Positions 28,401 through 41,310 of a stretch of 64,000 bases of DNA are shown in pieces. The stretch is from Geosiphon pyriformis uo1. Lineage: Eukaryota > Fungi > Glomeromycota. The notes under the pieces are model-generated. The model searched no databases, was not told the origin of the DNA, and was given only the letters and a program-made list of their open reading frames with translations. The stretch covers positions 916,126 through 980,125 of the forward strand of contig JAAOMT010000597.1 of NCBI GenBank assembly GCA_016748015.1, in the 5' to 3' direction. Both the position numbers and the translations under genes were made by a program. The first letter of the stretch is position 1. Each line of letters opens with the position of its first letter.

Positions 28401-29756
28401 CTCTAACATTATATTAATACTCAACAGTTTAAGAAAAAATTATCTCAAAAGGAACAAAACAACATAAAACAACAAGCAAAATATTTTATCACTCATCAAA
28501 ATATATTATATTGAAAAAACAGAAAATATTCAGATCAGCCACTTAAAATAATTACAAAACCAAAAAAAGAAACAATACTATTCAATATGTATTCAAATCC
28601 AATAGCAGGACATTTTCATAAAAAAACAACTATAAAAAAAACCAGAAAAAAATACTATTGGCTATTTATATCTAAACATTATCTAATATGTTCAAAATTG
28701 TGATGCTTATCAAAAAAAAGGAGGAACAAGATCCAGTGAACTCTTAAAACCAATTAAAATAGAACAACCATTTAATCAAATTAGAATTGACTTAATTAAA
28801 CCATTAATAATAACCAGCAAAAGCAATTACTATATAGCAGTAACTATAAACTATCTTATAAAATAGCCAAAAGCAAAAGCAATTTAAGAGCAGATGCAGA
28901 ATCTACAGCCAAATTTATCTACTAGAATTTAATTTGTCAATATAAATACCCAAAAAAATTATTATTAGATCAAGAAATTCACTTTGTAAACAGAACACTA
29001 AAAAAATTGAGTCAAAGATTTGGAATTAAGAGATCATTATTATTACTATACTATCTACAAATAAATAACTTAGTCAAAAAGTTCAACAGAACATTATGTA
29101 AAGCAATAATTAAGATTAACCAAGAAAACCAAGATAAATAGAATTGGTTTATATTATCAGTATTATTTGCTTATTAGACAATAAAGCAAAATACCATATA
29201 AGCAATACTATTTAAACTTATTTATAATAGAACAACAATATTACTAGTTAAGATAAACATTAATACATATCCAATAGAACCAATAACAAAAGCCAACTTC
29301 CAAAAAACATTGCTAAAAAGAACATATGAATTAATAAAAACTTTGAAAAACAAAAAACAAAGAACAGTTAACAATATTTAAAAGTCACAAGAAAAACAAA
29401 AAGAAAGACATAATAACTAATTATTAGATAAACCAGTTAAATTCAAAATTAAAAACAAAGTATTTTTATATTGCATCAAAGCAAAAAAACAATCAAGTAA
29501 AAAATTTAATTTTAAATGAAATGAATTATTTTACATTAAAAAATTTTTAGAAAATAGAGCTTATAAACTAAGATAAAACAACAAAATCTTAGCTAAAACA
29601 ACACATAAAAATTAACTGAAACCATATTATAATATAATATTATCATTTACTAATAATATTTCATAACTGAAAGTACAAAAAATATTAGTCAAAACAGATA
29701 AAATTCTATAAAATCTAGAACCAATTATTATTATTAAAGCAAACATGTCAAATTAA
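22417..29756 (+). pseudogene. gag-pol polyprotein (retrotransposon gag, CCHC knuckle, aspartic protease, Cys-rich insert, dUTPase, RT, RNase H, integrase with GPF/Y-type tail)
   Basis: gag FLRYFSNNNSIN (~23480); CYYCSKQKHLQIDC (~24000); protease IKLILKNRLANSII (~24680); RT MLFGLMNAPAT and VVYLNNTNVF (~27455-27570); RNase H IITDVSS...HPVAYANRSLSPAEKNY; integrase RIDLIKP, LLDQEIHF, VKKFNRTL. Confidence 0.92.
26120..26525 (+). pseudogene. dUTPase domain between protease and RT
   Basis: All five trimeric dUTPase motifs in order, eroded by G>A: TRFDLRY (AGFDL), LASRSSLA, EIIDAKYVKNI (GIIDxGYxG), KIA*AIF (KIAQ), KEINKFRFMSK (RGxxGFGSTG). Confidence 0.88.
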
Positions 29757-29811
29757 TTTACTATAACAGTATATAAGAAATCAACATACATAACAAAAAC
29801 AACAAGAAAAA

Positions 29812-30467
29812 ATGGAAATCACCAATAATATCTACTTACTTACACAACAATTATTAAAATTGATTTAACAACAGAAATCAAGTTTGGAAATCACTATTAA
29901 TAAACACATAATACAATACAAAAACAAAAAGATATCACAAAAAAACCAAACCAAAGAACAATATTCCAGATATTACATATTTAAAAATATTATAGATAAA
30001 ATAAAAAAAAAAATAGAAAAGACATTGAAAGATTCAAGAATATTAATACCAAAAAAAGAACTGATCTTAGAAAATTGGAACTAATAAATACAATAAAATC
30101 CAAAAAACTTTTGTTATTATTAGTTAAAACAATAGTTAAGCATTAAAAACTTATATACCAACAAAATAAAAAAAAAATTTGATTCAATTTAACTACAACA
30201 AATTAAACAATTTGTTAGAAAAACAATTTATTCACATATGCAAAAGCTATTTACTAGTTATAAATAGAATTTCAAAACAGATCAGAAATATTATTACACC
30301 CAACAATAGATACTGTAATTATTAATTAGTTAGAAAAATTAACCAACATTCAATTTGAAGAATTGTAAACAAAAATTACAAAAGCAATTCTGGAAAAAAA
30401 AATTATAAAGCTAATTTATAAAAAAAATTTAGAAAGTTTAAAAGATTTTATTAGAGCTCAATATTAA
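29812..30467 (+). pseudogene. Extra ORF3 (~218 codons) between integrase and PPT, unknown function
   Basis: MEITNNIYLLTQQLL...FIRAQY*. Internal stops are mostly explicable as CAA/CAG/TGG transitions. Conserved in the 1-614 copy. Confidence 0.62.
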
Positions 30468-30478
30468 AAAAAAAATAA

Positions 30479-31386
30479 TATTACTTATAGAAATTAAAAA
30501 TATTATAGTTAAAAGAATAGCCAATCAAAAGTAGGCATAGTAACAAAGAAATTCTAGAATTTCTCTAAAAAAATTGCAGAATTTTAGAATTCTAGAATGC
30601 CAAAATTCTTCACTTAGAATTGCAAGATTTCAGAATCCCAGAATTCCAGAATTTTTCTAAAAGAATTACAGGATTCCAGAAATTTTGTATAATACCAACT
30701 ATATATATATAGCAGTAGTATTAGAAACAAAAAAAATATTTGGTTCAGATTTTATTTTAACATCTTCTTTTTTATCTGTTAATTAATATTTATTTTATAA
30801 ATAGTTACTATCAACCAAAGTGAATTCATTAAAATATTCAATAAAACATATTTATTATCATCCAATTTATGTTATCATCACTTAATTAAAAATCTCCATT
30901 ACTTATTTGTTATCAATATTTTATGTTGATAATATTCAATACTTAATCATACTAAAACAATAGTTTTTGATCATAGCTATTGACAGAATACCAATTTTTT
31001 AATTTTATTTATTTATTTTTTATTTTTTTTTGTTGTTTGTTGACTTATTAATTAATTAAAAAAATTAAGTGCTGATTAATTAATTTTAAGGATAGCCTGG
31101 TAAAAAATCCAGAAATAAGAATATAAAGTTTAGAAATTTAAGATAATTTACTAAAAGGACACAACTGCTAGAATAAATCAGCTACTATGCTAAAAAAAAA
31201 AATTTGATAGAATAATTATTTCAGAAGACTACTAAAACAACTATTAAATCTCTGTTTATTATATATAAGACTCTACCAAAACCTTTAGATATAAAAATCT
31301 TTAGATTTACTAACATTATTAAGCTATTAAGCACTAAGTTACAAGTTTGCTATTTGTTTTTATATTCTAAATAATCACCTGTAACA
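30479..31386 (+). repeat. 3' LTR
   Basis: TATTAC (from TGTTAC)...TGTAACA; preceded by a purine run (PPT, 30466-30475); aligns end to end with the 5' LTR. Confidence 0.95.
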
Positions 31387-31885
31387 GTGTCCAGTAATTG
31401 CTAAAGACAGACTTCTACTTATAAAAATATAATCAATAATCTTTTTAACTTCTTTGAAGTTATTCTAAGTAGTTGACTTAATTAAAAAATGTCTTTTTAA
31501 AAAATTGACCAAATTCATGTTTAAACATTTTTTAAAACTTGCATACAGCCCCAAAATCATAACTGAGAACTTGTTTTTAAACAACAACCAAACTAAAATA
31601 ACTTTGCCAGAAATCTTTTCAATTTCGACATATGTTAAGCCAAAAAATAATTCATAATAATAGTCATACTTGTACTAAGAAAACTTTTTTTTAGGTCTGA
31701 CATAAAAATTCAAATACCATTAAACTTATTCTTAAATTATGGCTTTATATTCTTAACTTAGTTTTAGTGAAAATAAATATTATGTTGCCAGATTCCAAAT
31801 ACCAACAAACAATATTCTTTTGTTTTGTTAAATTGTTTATGTCTTTAATATTATACATAGCAATTTTCCAAATAAAATCAATTAT
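31387..31885 (-). pseudogene. LINE ORF2, 5' part (APE endonuclease, internal deletion)
   Basis: IWKIAMYNIKDINN (APE motif I), IFTKTKL, ILGLYA, IIDYIFIS. Confidence 0.85.
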
Positions 31886-33756
31886 TGAGAAAATTTAATT
31901 ACTAAAGAGTCTAAATTGATACACATCTGATTTAACTTAAAAAAAACTAATCTGATTATATTCTTAAGCACAACTAATTTCGATTTTAGACCACTTACTT
32001 TAACTGTTAAAATTTTGGAGCTGCTTTAATTCAAATCTAAAATACCAGTTATTACTAACAAAAAAAGTAAAGACAGAATCCAAGAGATATTCATAACCAT
32101 ATTTGAGTTCAAATTGAAATCTAAAACCAAAAAAAAAGCTGAAACAGAAAGCTAAAAGACAGATACCAAAAAAATTATATTCATATTACTTATTCTGTAC
32201 AAAATATTAGTAACTTGATTAGCCAATAATTCTAACAAGTACTTCAAAAAAGCTAAGTAAAACTTAATTGATAAAACATTCTATGGAAAAGAAAAGCTTT
32301 TATAGTACTTGAGAAATCAGAAAAAAAAGAACCAAAACCAAAATCAGAGAAGATATTATTGTAAACAGAAATTAATAACACAACCTAAACTCAAAACTTG
32401 CCACCAAAAACAGCAGAATAAGAAATAAAAACATTTTTTTTTACATACAGCTTGGCCAATTAAAGACAATCCACATCCAAAATAGTTTTTTTAAATGTTT
32501 TTAAGAGTCTAAAAATGAATATTAGTTGTGTAATACACTTTAAAACAGAATATTCAAAATACTCACACTTTTTACATCAAATCAGATCTATTTTAATCCA
32601 AAAAAATTTTATATCATCAAAAATTGGCTTTATATGAAAAGCAAATTTCAGACTATTTTTTGTATTAAAACCAATTACAGCACAACAAATTCTATTACCA
32701 CTTTTAAAAAAACAATTAATAACATATGTTTTTCTACCAGTCTTTTTCAACAGAGTATTCAAATCATAAGGTGTTGTTTTCACAGACAAGATAAACAAAA
32801 GCACTCTAAATTGATCTTTGAATGTCCAAATTTTATAATTTTCTATTGTTATAGTTACATACATTGAATTTTTTCAATAAAAAATAACCATTTAAAAATT
32901 AACTGTTTAGCCTGACTTAATTTGACAAATTTTATTACAGCTTTCTGCCATAATTTAATGAGTTGGATTTTGATCAACACAATTTAACCAAACTTGGCAA
33001 CTATAACAATAATTATTTCTTTAAGTATATTTATGAGAATTTTTTTGATAATTATGACCCAATCTAAACAAATTTTTTGTTTTTTGAGATCAGTATTTGT
33101 GATAATCATTTTTTTTCTGGTCAATAATACAGTTTTTTTCATGCTTTTTTCTGATCTAAATATTGATCTGGTGATCTCTTTAAATTTTAAAGAGATAGTA
33201 GTCTTCCCAAAATCATTAATTATTGAGAATAATTTTTTGATGAACTAAGTCTTAGCTGTGGCCAATTTGTCATTTATTGTTGAAAAATTAATGTTCAAAG
33301 CAAAAAATTTTTTAACAGGTATTTTTATCTGAGTTTTGGTAATCTTTAAGTTAATTTATTTTTTGTTCAGAGAGATAAATAAGTAAGAAAGAAAAGAAAC
33401 TTTATTATTATCAATATTAAAATTGGAAAAACTGATTGGGAAACTAAAAACAGCACTAGTATTAATCTATTTTGTTTTGAAAATATTTGTTTTAGAATCA
33501 AACATTTTTTTGTTTTCACTTTCAGTCTTATAACCAGCATTACTACTTAAGTAAATTAATTCAAAAGTATTATCATCTGTTTTTATTTTACTAAACTAAC
33601 TAGTAATGTATTTTAACTCACTAAATTCAAATCTGTTTCATTATTAAAATGTTTAATCTTGTCAAGTAAAGTTTTTTGTTTTTAAACCAAACTTTTTTTA
33701 ACTGAATCTAAAGTCAAAACTCTAATTGGCCTTTTTTTAACTGAAAAACCATTCAT
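31882..33756 (-). pseudogene. LINE ORF1 (RRM-like domains, CCHC knuckle, coiled coil)
   Basis: KFG*IVLIKIQLIKLWQKAVIKF, KDQFRVLLF, GRKTYVIN, CKKCEYFEYSVLKC; lies directly upstream of ORF2. Confidence 0.85.
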
Positions 33757-34570
33757 AGTAATAGTTAACCTAATTATAAAAGAATTTGGTTCTTAAAAAA
33801 TATTGAAATAAAAACCAAAAAAATAAAAAAAACTTTTTTTTCGAAAATAAGCTTTTTGAAAAATTTGAAATATAAGAAAGAAAAAAATTTATATTAATTT
33901 TTACAAATTTAATTTGCTTTTTAATTTAATTTAATTTTTTTGTTATTTATTTATTTAAATTTATAATACAATTAAAAAAATAGATGTTTTTAATAATATT
34001 TATTATTTTGTTTATAATATTTTTTAATCTAATGCATATTATTCTGTTTATAATGTTTTTTAGTTTGTTTATTTTATATAATAAAAAATAAGTAAATATT
34101 AACTTTTTTCCAAGAATTGTTTGTTTGGAAGCTCACTAAAATTGTGTAGTTACTTTGTAGTAAAAGTCAACTCTTTTACAAAAATTTTGTTTGTAAATTA
34201 CTCTAATAATTATAATAAAAAAAATAAAAAAAAATAAAAAAATGTAAAAAAATTGGGATTTTGTAAAAAAAATCATTTTCTGATCCAGGTCTGAAGTTGC
34301 TAAAAGTCTACTAAAATTGATAACTAATCAATTTTAAAATGTTAATAGAGTTTTCAGGGAATTTTAAGTGCAATTTTTAATTAAAAAATTTGGTTTTCAA
34401 GTATTTAATTTTTTTTTTAAAGAAGTAAGAAAGATATTTATGATAAGATAATTTTAATAGAAAATATATTTTTTTGAAAAAAAAAGCTCTTTTTTTATAC
34501 AACTTGTTGTAATATTAGTTTATAAACTTGAACTTTTTTTTTTGCTATGATTTCAATAAACCAAAGATAT

Positions 34571-34670
34571 ATTTTGGCAAACTACAAATTATTTCAGTAA
34601 ACTATTTGTAATTTCAGTAAACTATTCATAATTTTAGTAAATTTCTACAAATTTCAGTGAATTTTTAAAT
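34571..34670. repeat. 5 x 20-bp tandem repeat within the family B LTR
   Basis: attttggcaaactacaaatt / atttcagtaaactatttgta / atttcagtaaactattcata / attttagtaaatttctacaa / atttcagtgaatttttaaat. Confidence 0.75.
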
Positions 34671-34901
34671 GTTACATAGTTCAGAGTATTATATAATTAA
34701 TCATTCTAATTTCTATTATACAAATTAGATTATTAATTAAATAGTAATATTCAATAATTTGATTAAATATAGAGTTATAATTTGAAATAATATTAATATA
34801 TGTTAATTAATAATATGAATTATAAGAATAATTTCATGCCAATTAATGACTAAATTCTACTGGTAACATATTTTTTTTTCAAAACTGAGTTCTATTAAAG
34901 T

Positions 34902-35540
34902 TCAAGCACTATCTGTAATTTCGAGATAGTAATCCAAAATTATTAAAGTAATTTGGTCTAAAAATTGTTGAAATTTCAGTTTTGTGAGTTTGCTAATGTA
35001 TTGAATCTTTATTGATTGAAGTATTGGATTTTGTAGAACATTTTCACAAGTATTGAATAGGTTATAGAATTTATAAGTTGCTTTAAGTTTGTAACAAGTG
35101 TTTATTGGTTCAGCTGTTGTCTTAAATTCGTTGTAAATTTGTTTTTGTATAGCTTCTAAAGTGAAATTTGTTGTTACAAGTTCCAGTTTTTGTTCATAAA
35201 ATATTCTTCTAATATGAAAATATCTAAATATGGAAGTATATTCGTAACTTTGTTCATTAAAAAACAGTTGAAGCTTTTGTTGAGTTGTAACATTTGGTGC
35301 AATATCAATAGAAGCAAATAAAAAATTTTCTTTTAAGACTTGTTTCAAGAGTTCTGGCAATTAAATTCTGAAATAACTTCTTGTATTTCTTTTATAAAAG
35401 TAATAATTTTGCAAATTGTTTACTACTAAAACTGTAATTTCTTTTTGAATATAATTAATTTGACTCTTATTGATCATTATGAATAAGTCAAAAATTGTTT
35501 TTAAAGCTAATATTAATTTGTAGGATATTTGTTAAATGTT
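34902..35540 (-). pseudogene. Extra ORF3 of gypsy family B, unknown function
   Basis: 152-codon open stretch (34902-35360) between the integrase end and the PPT, same strand as pol; upstream part decayed. Confidence 0.6.
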
Positions 35541-38500
35541 TCAAAAAATAAGGATTATAATAAAAATAAATTTTTGGAAATAAAAAAAATAAAAAAAAAT
35601 TATTTTTGGTATATAAAGTTTATATATTTTTGGGTTTGGTTATTTTTTGATGGTTATTTCACTATTTTTAATTAATAGTTCTGTATTTTTAGAGGAATTA
35701 TTAATAAAATTAAATGTTTGGTTTTTGTTTTATTATAACTATTGGTTTTAAATTTCAGAAAATGTCTTTAGAATTAATTAAAAAGAAATATATACTAATT
35801 TATGGAATTGACAGTTTAGAAGTATTTCTGGAATAATAGTGCTTTAGTCAATCTCTATGTGCAACTTTAGCTAAGATTTTGTTATCAAGTCTTAACTTGT
35901 ATAATCTATTGTCTAATATTTTATGAATATAAAATGGTCCATTCTATTTATGTTCAAATTTTCTACTCCATTGTTTTTTTGTTTTAATTCTGTGTAAAAA
36001 AACTTTGTTTTTAACTTTAAATTTGTTGGTTACTGATAGCAATTTGTTGTTATGCTGTTCTTTCTGTTAAGCTTAAGAGTATTTAATATGAGTTACTACA
36101 ATTCATTATTTTCTTTTCAATGTACTGAAAAAAGTATAAGCTTTTCTTTGAAAAGTTTTTTAGAAGTTTTCTTCTGTAATAGGTTGTACTAAATATGTTT
36201 TGACTGTAAAATTAATTGGTAGTGTTGCTGTCTTTCCATAGATAAGATCAAATAGTATGTGTTTTGTAGTATCTTGTTTTAGTATTCTATAAGCTAGTAA
36301 CACTAATAAAATAAAGATATCTTATTTCTGCCAAAATTAGTTAAGACTTTGGCTAATAATTCACATAGTGTTTAGTTGAAATGTTTTACAAATCTATTTG
36401 TTTAAGAATGATAGGATAATAATAAGAGTTTTTTGATGTTGAATTATTTACAAATTTTTTGTATCAAGTTGTTTACAAAATGTGTTTTTTGATCAGATAA
36501 AAGTTCATTTGGACATTTATATTTACAAATTATGTCTTCATAAATGAAATTTGCTACTGATTTTGTGTTTACTCTTTGGATGGCTCTGGCTTTAGGCCAT
36601 TTAATAAGGTAATCTATTGTAACTATTATATATTGGTTTCCTTAAGTGATAATAAGTAGTGGTCTAACTAAATTAATACCAACTTTATTAAAAAATTTTC
36701 CAATTTTAATTGGATTTAGAGGTTTTGTGGAGTGAATTCCTTTTTTTTTGACAACTATCACATGATTCTATATACTGTTGAATGTTTTTTTGCATATAAG
36801 ACCAAAACTAATATTCAAATATTCTTTGAATTGTATTGTTTTTTCCTAAATATGCTGATAATAGGTCTGTGTACATGTTGTATAGAATTGTTTTTTTTCA
36901 TTTTTTTGCACTAATTGAAGTAAACTGGTTAGATTTTGGTGATTTTAATAATAAATTTTGTTGTGGTGAATAAAATATTGTTTAGATTGTTGTTGTAATC
37001 AGTGTTTTTTATTTGGAGACAAGTTTTTAGACATGGTAAATGTCTCCAAATAGTTTTTAATATTTTTGTAAATTTCTGAATCTATTATTGTTAATTTTGT
37101 TGTTTATTAGACTGGTAGATTATTGGTATTTTGTTGGTGTTAGTGTTGGTATTAATCTTGTCTTATTCTTGAAAGGCTATCAACATTGGTGTGTAATTTG
37201 TCAGATTTATGGTGAACAATAAATTTGTAATCTGCTAAGAAGTCAATCCATTAGAATTGTTTGGGACTAAGTTCAGTTTCTTTTTTGTTGAGCCATTTGA
37301 GACCAATATTATCTGTGATAATATTAAATTTTTTGTTATTTTGAAGATATTGTTGAAAATGTTTAAGAGCCCAGATAACAGCTATTGCTTCCAGTTCTGT
37401 TAAGCCATATTTTGTTTCTGGAAATTTTAATGTTCTGCTAATATAAGCAATGATTTGTTTATTGCCATTGTTATCCAATTGTAATAGAATAGCACCAAAT
37501 ACTGTATAAAAAGCATCAATGGCTAATTAGAATTGTTTGTTGAAGTTTGAATAGGCAAGAACTGGTATTGTTATCAATTTTCTTTTGAAGATTTCAAAAA
37601 CTTTTTACTGTTCATTAGTCAATTAATATAGAACATTTTTGTTAATAAGGTAGTTGAATGGTTTTGCAATTTTAGAGAATTCTTTGATAAATTTTTGATA
37701 GTAAGAGGCTAATTCAATAAATTCTTTTAAGTTTGTAGTATTTTTAAGAATTTTAAAGTTTTTGACAGTGCTAATTGTTTTTGAATTGGGTTGAACTCCA
37801 TCTTTGCTAACAATGTATTCAAAAAAGATTAAGCTTGTTTTTTTAAAGTGACATTTTTCAATGTTCAATTTCAGTTCTGCTTTTCATAATTGTTGAAATA
37901 TTTTTTACAAGTAAATCAAATGAACTTTAAATATTGGGAAGTATACATCAGTATTATCGAAATAAACAAATACTAATTGCCATAAAAGTCTTTTATATAC
38001 AATATTTATAAGTCACTGAAATGTTGCTGGTATATTGCAAAGTCCAAAAAACATAAAGTTGAACTTGTAGTTTTCTCCTTAAGTAGTAAATGCTGTTTTG
38101 AATCGATCTTTGGGATTCATTTCAACTTGTCAGTATCTACTTTCCAAATCCAAGATTAAAAAAAACTTTGCTTTTCCAAGAACATCTAACATGTTGTCAA
38201 TTTTTGAGAGTAGGCAGGCATCTCTAATTATCATATTGTTGAGTTGACAATAGTCTACACAAAATCTGATTTTTCTGTTTTTTTTTTAATAAGGATTATT
38301 GGTAAGGCCCAAAAGCTTCTTGATAGTTGAATAAGACTATTGTTAAGCATTCTTTGTATCTTTTTTCTAATGAATTGGTAACTGGCAGATAAAACTCAAT
38401 AGACTTGTTGATGTTTTAGTAAAGCATTTTCTATATGAATTTGGTACTAAACAATATTAGTTTTTCTTAGATTATTGTTGTTTTTTGCAAATATATCAGC

Positions 38501-39749
38501 AAATTTAGCAATAAGTTGCTTTAATTGTCTTTGTTGTTAAAGTTCTAAAAGACTTATGTTGATTTGAGAGAGTTTTTCTTTAATAAAGTGGTAGTTTTCA
38601 GTAGTAGACAGAATATTTGGGTTTAAAAAGAGAGTATATCTCACAATTTCAATGAAATTAGAGACAATTTGAAGGGTTTTATCTTAAAAGATATTGCTAT
38701 ATATTACTTCAATTTCCAATCTATTTAATAAGATGATAGAATAATTGTTGGAATTATATTTATTTTAAAAGTAAAATGTAAAAAAAGAATATTAAATATC
38801 TTTAAAATCATACAATTTTTAAGAATAAAGTAATAGATTTTAATTTATAATATATAAGATAAGGTGTATTTTGACGAATAGATATATTGTGATGAAGTTA
38901 AGAATTTGTTAAATTTAAATTATGATAAAATAGAAAATTTTTAATAAGTTTGTTTTTTGAAAAAACTTTTTTTTAATATCCAAAAAATTAAAACTTTATT
39001 AAAATCAAATAGAAATTATAAATAAGATTTGAAAATATGAAATGTTTTATTAAAAACATAAACATAATTATATTTTTTATTTTTAAACATATATTGATAA
39101 TACAAGATACTATGTTTTTAAAAAATAAATAAATCAGAAATCATAACTACAACAAAAGCAAAAGTACCAAAAACCATTATTCGAGAGAATTAAATAGTTG
39201 GAATAACTATTAATTAATAAAATTCTATTTTTTTTGGTTTATGTAACTCAAAAAATAGCCAATAAAAAGTTGTACAAAAAAATATCTTTTACTATATTAT
39301 CAATAAAAATTCTGGCTAATATTGCTATTGTCTCCTATATTATGACATATTTGACAATTTAACACTTATATCTTTTTTTTCTAATTTTATTGTAAATACT
39401 CAAAAATATAATAAAACCAAATTTTACAAAAAACATAGCCAATTAATAAAAATTAAAAATTCTAAAATAGTGTATTAATGTAGTTTTGGGCAATTTTTAT
39501 AAAGAAAACAATTACATTATTCAAATAAACAATTATAACTAATATCTTATATTAAAAAAACATTGTGTATAAAAATATTATTGTTTTAATTTTATATTTT
39601 TTTAAAACTATGTAAAATTTGCTGGTAAAAAAATCTAGCCAAAAATATTAAGTATCATCATAATCTGAATTTTGAGCAAAAAAAAGCTGGAGCTTAACAA
39701 ATCACAATATTTATTTGGAAAAGATGTATGATATTTTTATTTTACTATG

Positions 39750-41310
39750 CTTTTAAGAAATTTGGATACATAAAGACTGGAGATTGACACGTCAATTACT
39801 GTAATTACTATCGAAACTTGAAGATGCTGAAGTGAAATTATCTTCATTCAGTTTCAGGCTTTTTGGTTTTCTGAGATATCTAAGCATCAATATTACAAAA
39901 ACCAAAAGAATCAAAACACCACATATTATGATAATGGTTATGATTAATGTTATATTAATAGTTGTTGGTAAAAATGAGAATGAGGATAAAAATAAAGATG
40001 AAAATGAAGATGATTCTGTGCTGGATTTAATTTTAAATGAGTTTTAATATTTCAGAGGATATTTTGTGAGTTCCAATGCATTAGGTTTATATTTTGTTGT
40101 CCAATTAAAATTTATCAGGTCTAAAATGCAAAATTGCTGAAATTAGTTAAATGGTTTATATATTTTAAAATTTAAATTTTTAATACTCTAAAGAATTTTA
40201 GATTCAGAAATGGCTCTAAATTGAATACTCACACTGTAAACTAGCACATTCAAAAATTATAATTAAAATAAATAAAAATTCAATGTGCTTAATAATATTT
40301 TAAATGAAATAAATATAACTAAACAAAAGCCACAATGATTTTTGTTCCAACTATGGTCATTGTATATTGACTTCTTACAGATAGAGGTTCTTCAGTTGTG
40401 TTTTGTATCTTCCAAACATATGGTGTTTTAGTAGTATCTAGGATAATCAAATTGTTTAGAGCCCACGTCTTATTAAATTCTTTATCCCCAAAAATGATGA
40501 TAGTATTATTTGAAACTAATTAGATTTTGAAAAAAAAGATTAACAACAATGAAAGCTTCTAAAGTTTGGTAAGTTTGAAAGTTTTCACAATAAATACTCT
40601 TTACTTACTACCGACAGCTGTATGCAGTCTTCTTGCTTCTAGTACGTTCCTCACTGAAATCTTGAAAACATCATTAATTTTTATGGATTAGTTTGATCTC
40701 TTTAAAAAACAAATTAATGAATAAGTTTTTTTAAGCAGATAAAAACCTTTTCAATTCCATTCTCCAGTAAATTTATTATATACATATATGTCAGACATAC
40801 TGAAAAAATTATAAACGTTTTCATTAAAGGCTCTACTAAAAACATACATTTTTCCATTACTCAATAGAGTGACAGTATGTCTTATTATTGGTGCTAGAGA
40901 ATTATTTTTTGTAAAATTCATATATTTATTCAATATAGAATCATAAATTACTAATTCGTTTAGTAAAGAATTTGAGATCCTTCAAGTTTCAAATGTTGAG
41001 TCAAATTTATACATTAAATTTGGAGGTGGTGAATGTTGAGATGTACGACCACTGAAAATAAACATTTCTTTAAATTCGGCACCATATATGCTTGCTGAAT
41101 GTGATTCACTTTGGTTATATTCAAATTTTCCCAGAGTAGTGAATCTACTGAAAAAAATATTGACATATTAAGTGCCCAGAGTTCTGTTGTTGCATACTCT
41201 AATCTGGTTCTATTGGCTGTGATTTTTCTTCTTTCATACATATACAGTACCTCTGAAAAATAATGACAAAGTAACTCTTGTGGCATATAATTCTTATTAT
41301 GGTCCGATCA
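39750..41310 (-). pseudogene. Kelch/galactose-oxidase-repeat single-pass membrane protein, intron-containing, decayed
   Basis: Kelch-like segments RHTVTLLSNGKMYVF, RRLHTAVG, TIIIFGD, RSQYTMTIVGTKIIVAF. GTAAGT/GTGAGT intron donors, Ser-rich stalk, hydrophobic TM IIIICGVLILLVFVILML followed by RYLRK. Confidence 0.78.

Larger units (their letters stand above)
21465..31386 (+). mobile_element. Full-length Ty3/gypsy LTR retrotransposon family A (dUTPase-bearing), decayed
   Basis: Two homologous ~0.9-kb LTRs with TGTTAC...GTAACA termini. 4-bp TSD GTAC/GTGT (ancestral GTGC), PBS, PPT, and domain order PR-RT-RH-IN. Confidence 0.96.
17300..33800 (-). mobile_element. Full-length LINE (ORF1 + APE-RT-RNaseH ORF2), split by the gypsy insertion at 21465-31386
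   Basis: ORF1 33756-31882; ORF2 31885-31387 continuing in frame at 21460-17434; conserved 3' tail and poly(A) (T-run 17300-17309). Confidence 0.92.
34037..38760 (-). mobile_element. Ty3/gypsy family B, 5'-truncated (RT-RH-IN-ORF3-PPT-3' LTR)
   Basis: RT FGLCNIPATFQ and FVYFDNTDV; RNase H (ORF 37251-37478); integrase; GPFYIHKIL. PPT followed by LTR start TGTTACC at 34868. The far end of the LTR is uncertain. Confidence 0.88.

Noticed and set aside
34571-34670. Regular repeats considered as a CRISPR array
   Set aside because: Contiguous tandem units without unique spacers, no cas genes, eukaryotic LTR context.
35286-35300. TGTAACATTTGGTGC, identical to the family A LTR-PBS junction
   Set aside because: No LTR homology upstream; lies inside family B ORF3 on the other strand; likely chance.
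38760-39750. Possible MITE or transposon remnant (similar AT-rich tracts at 42560-43540 and 62460-63770)
   Set aside because: No TIR pair, TSD or coding signal could be supported.
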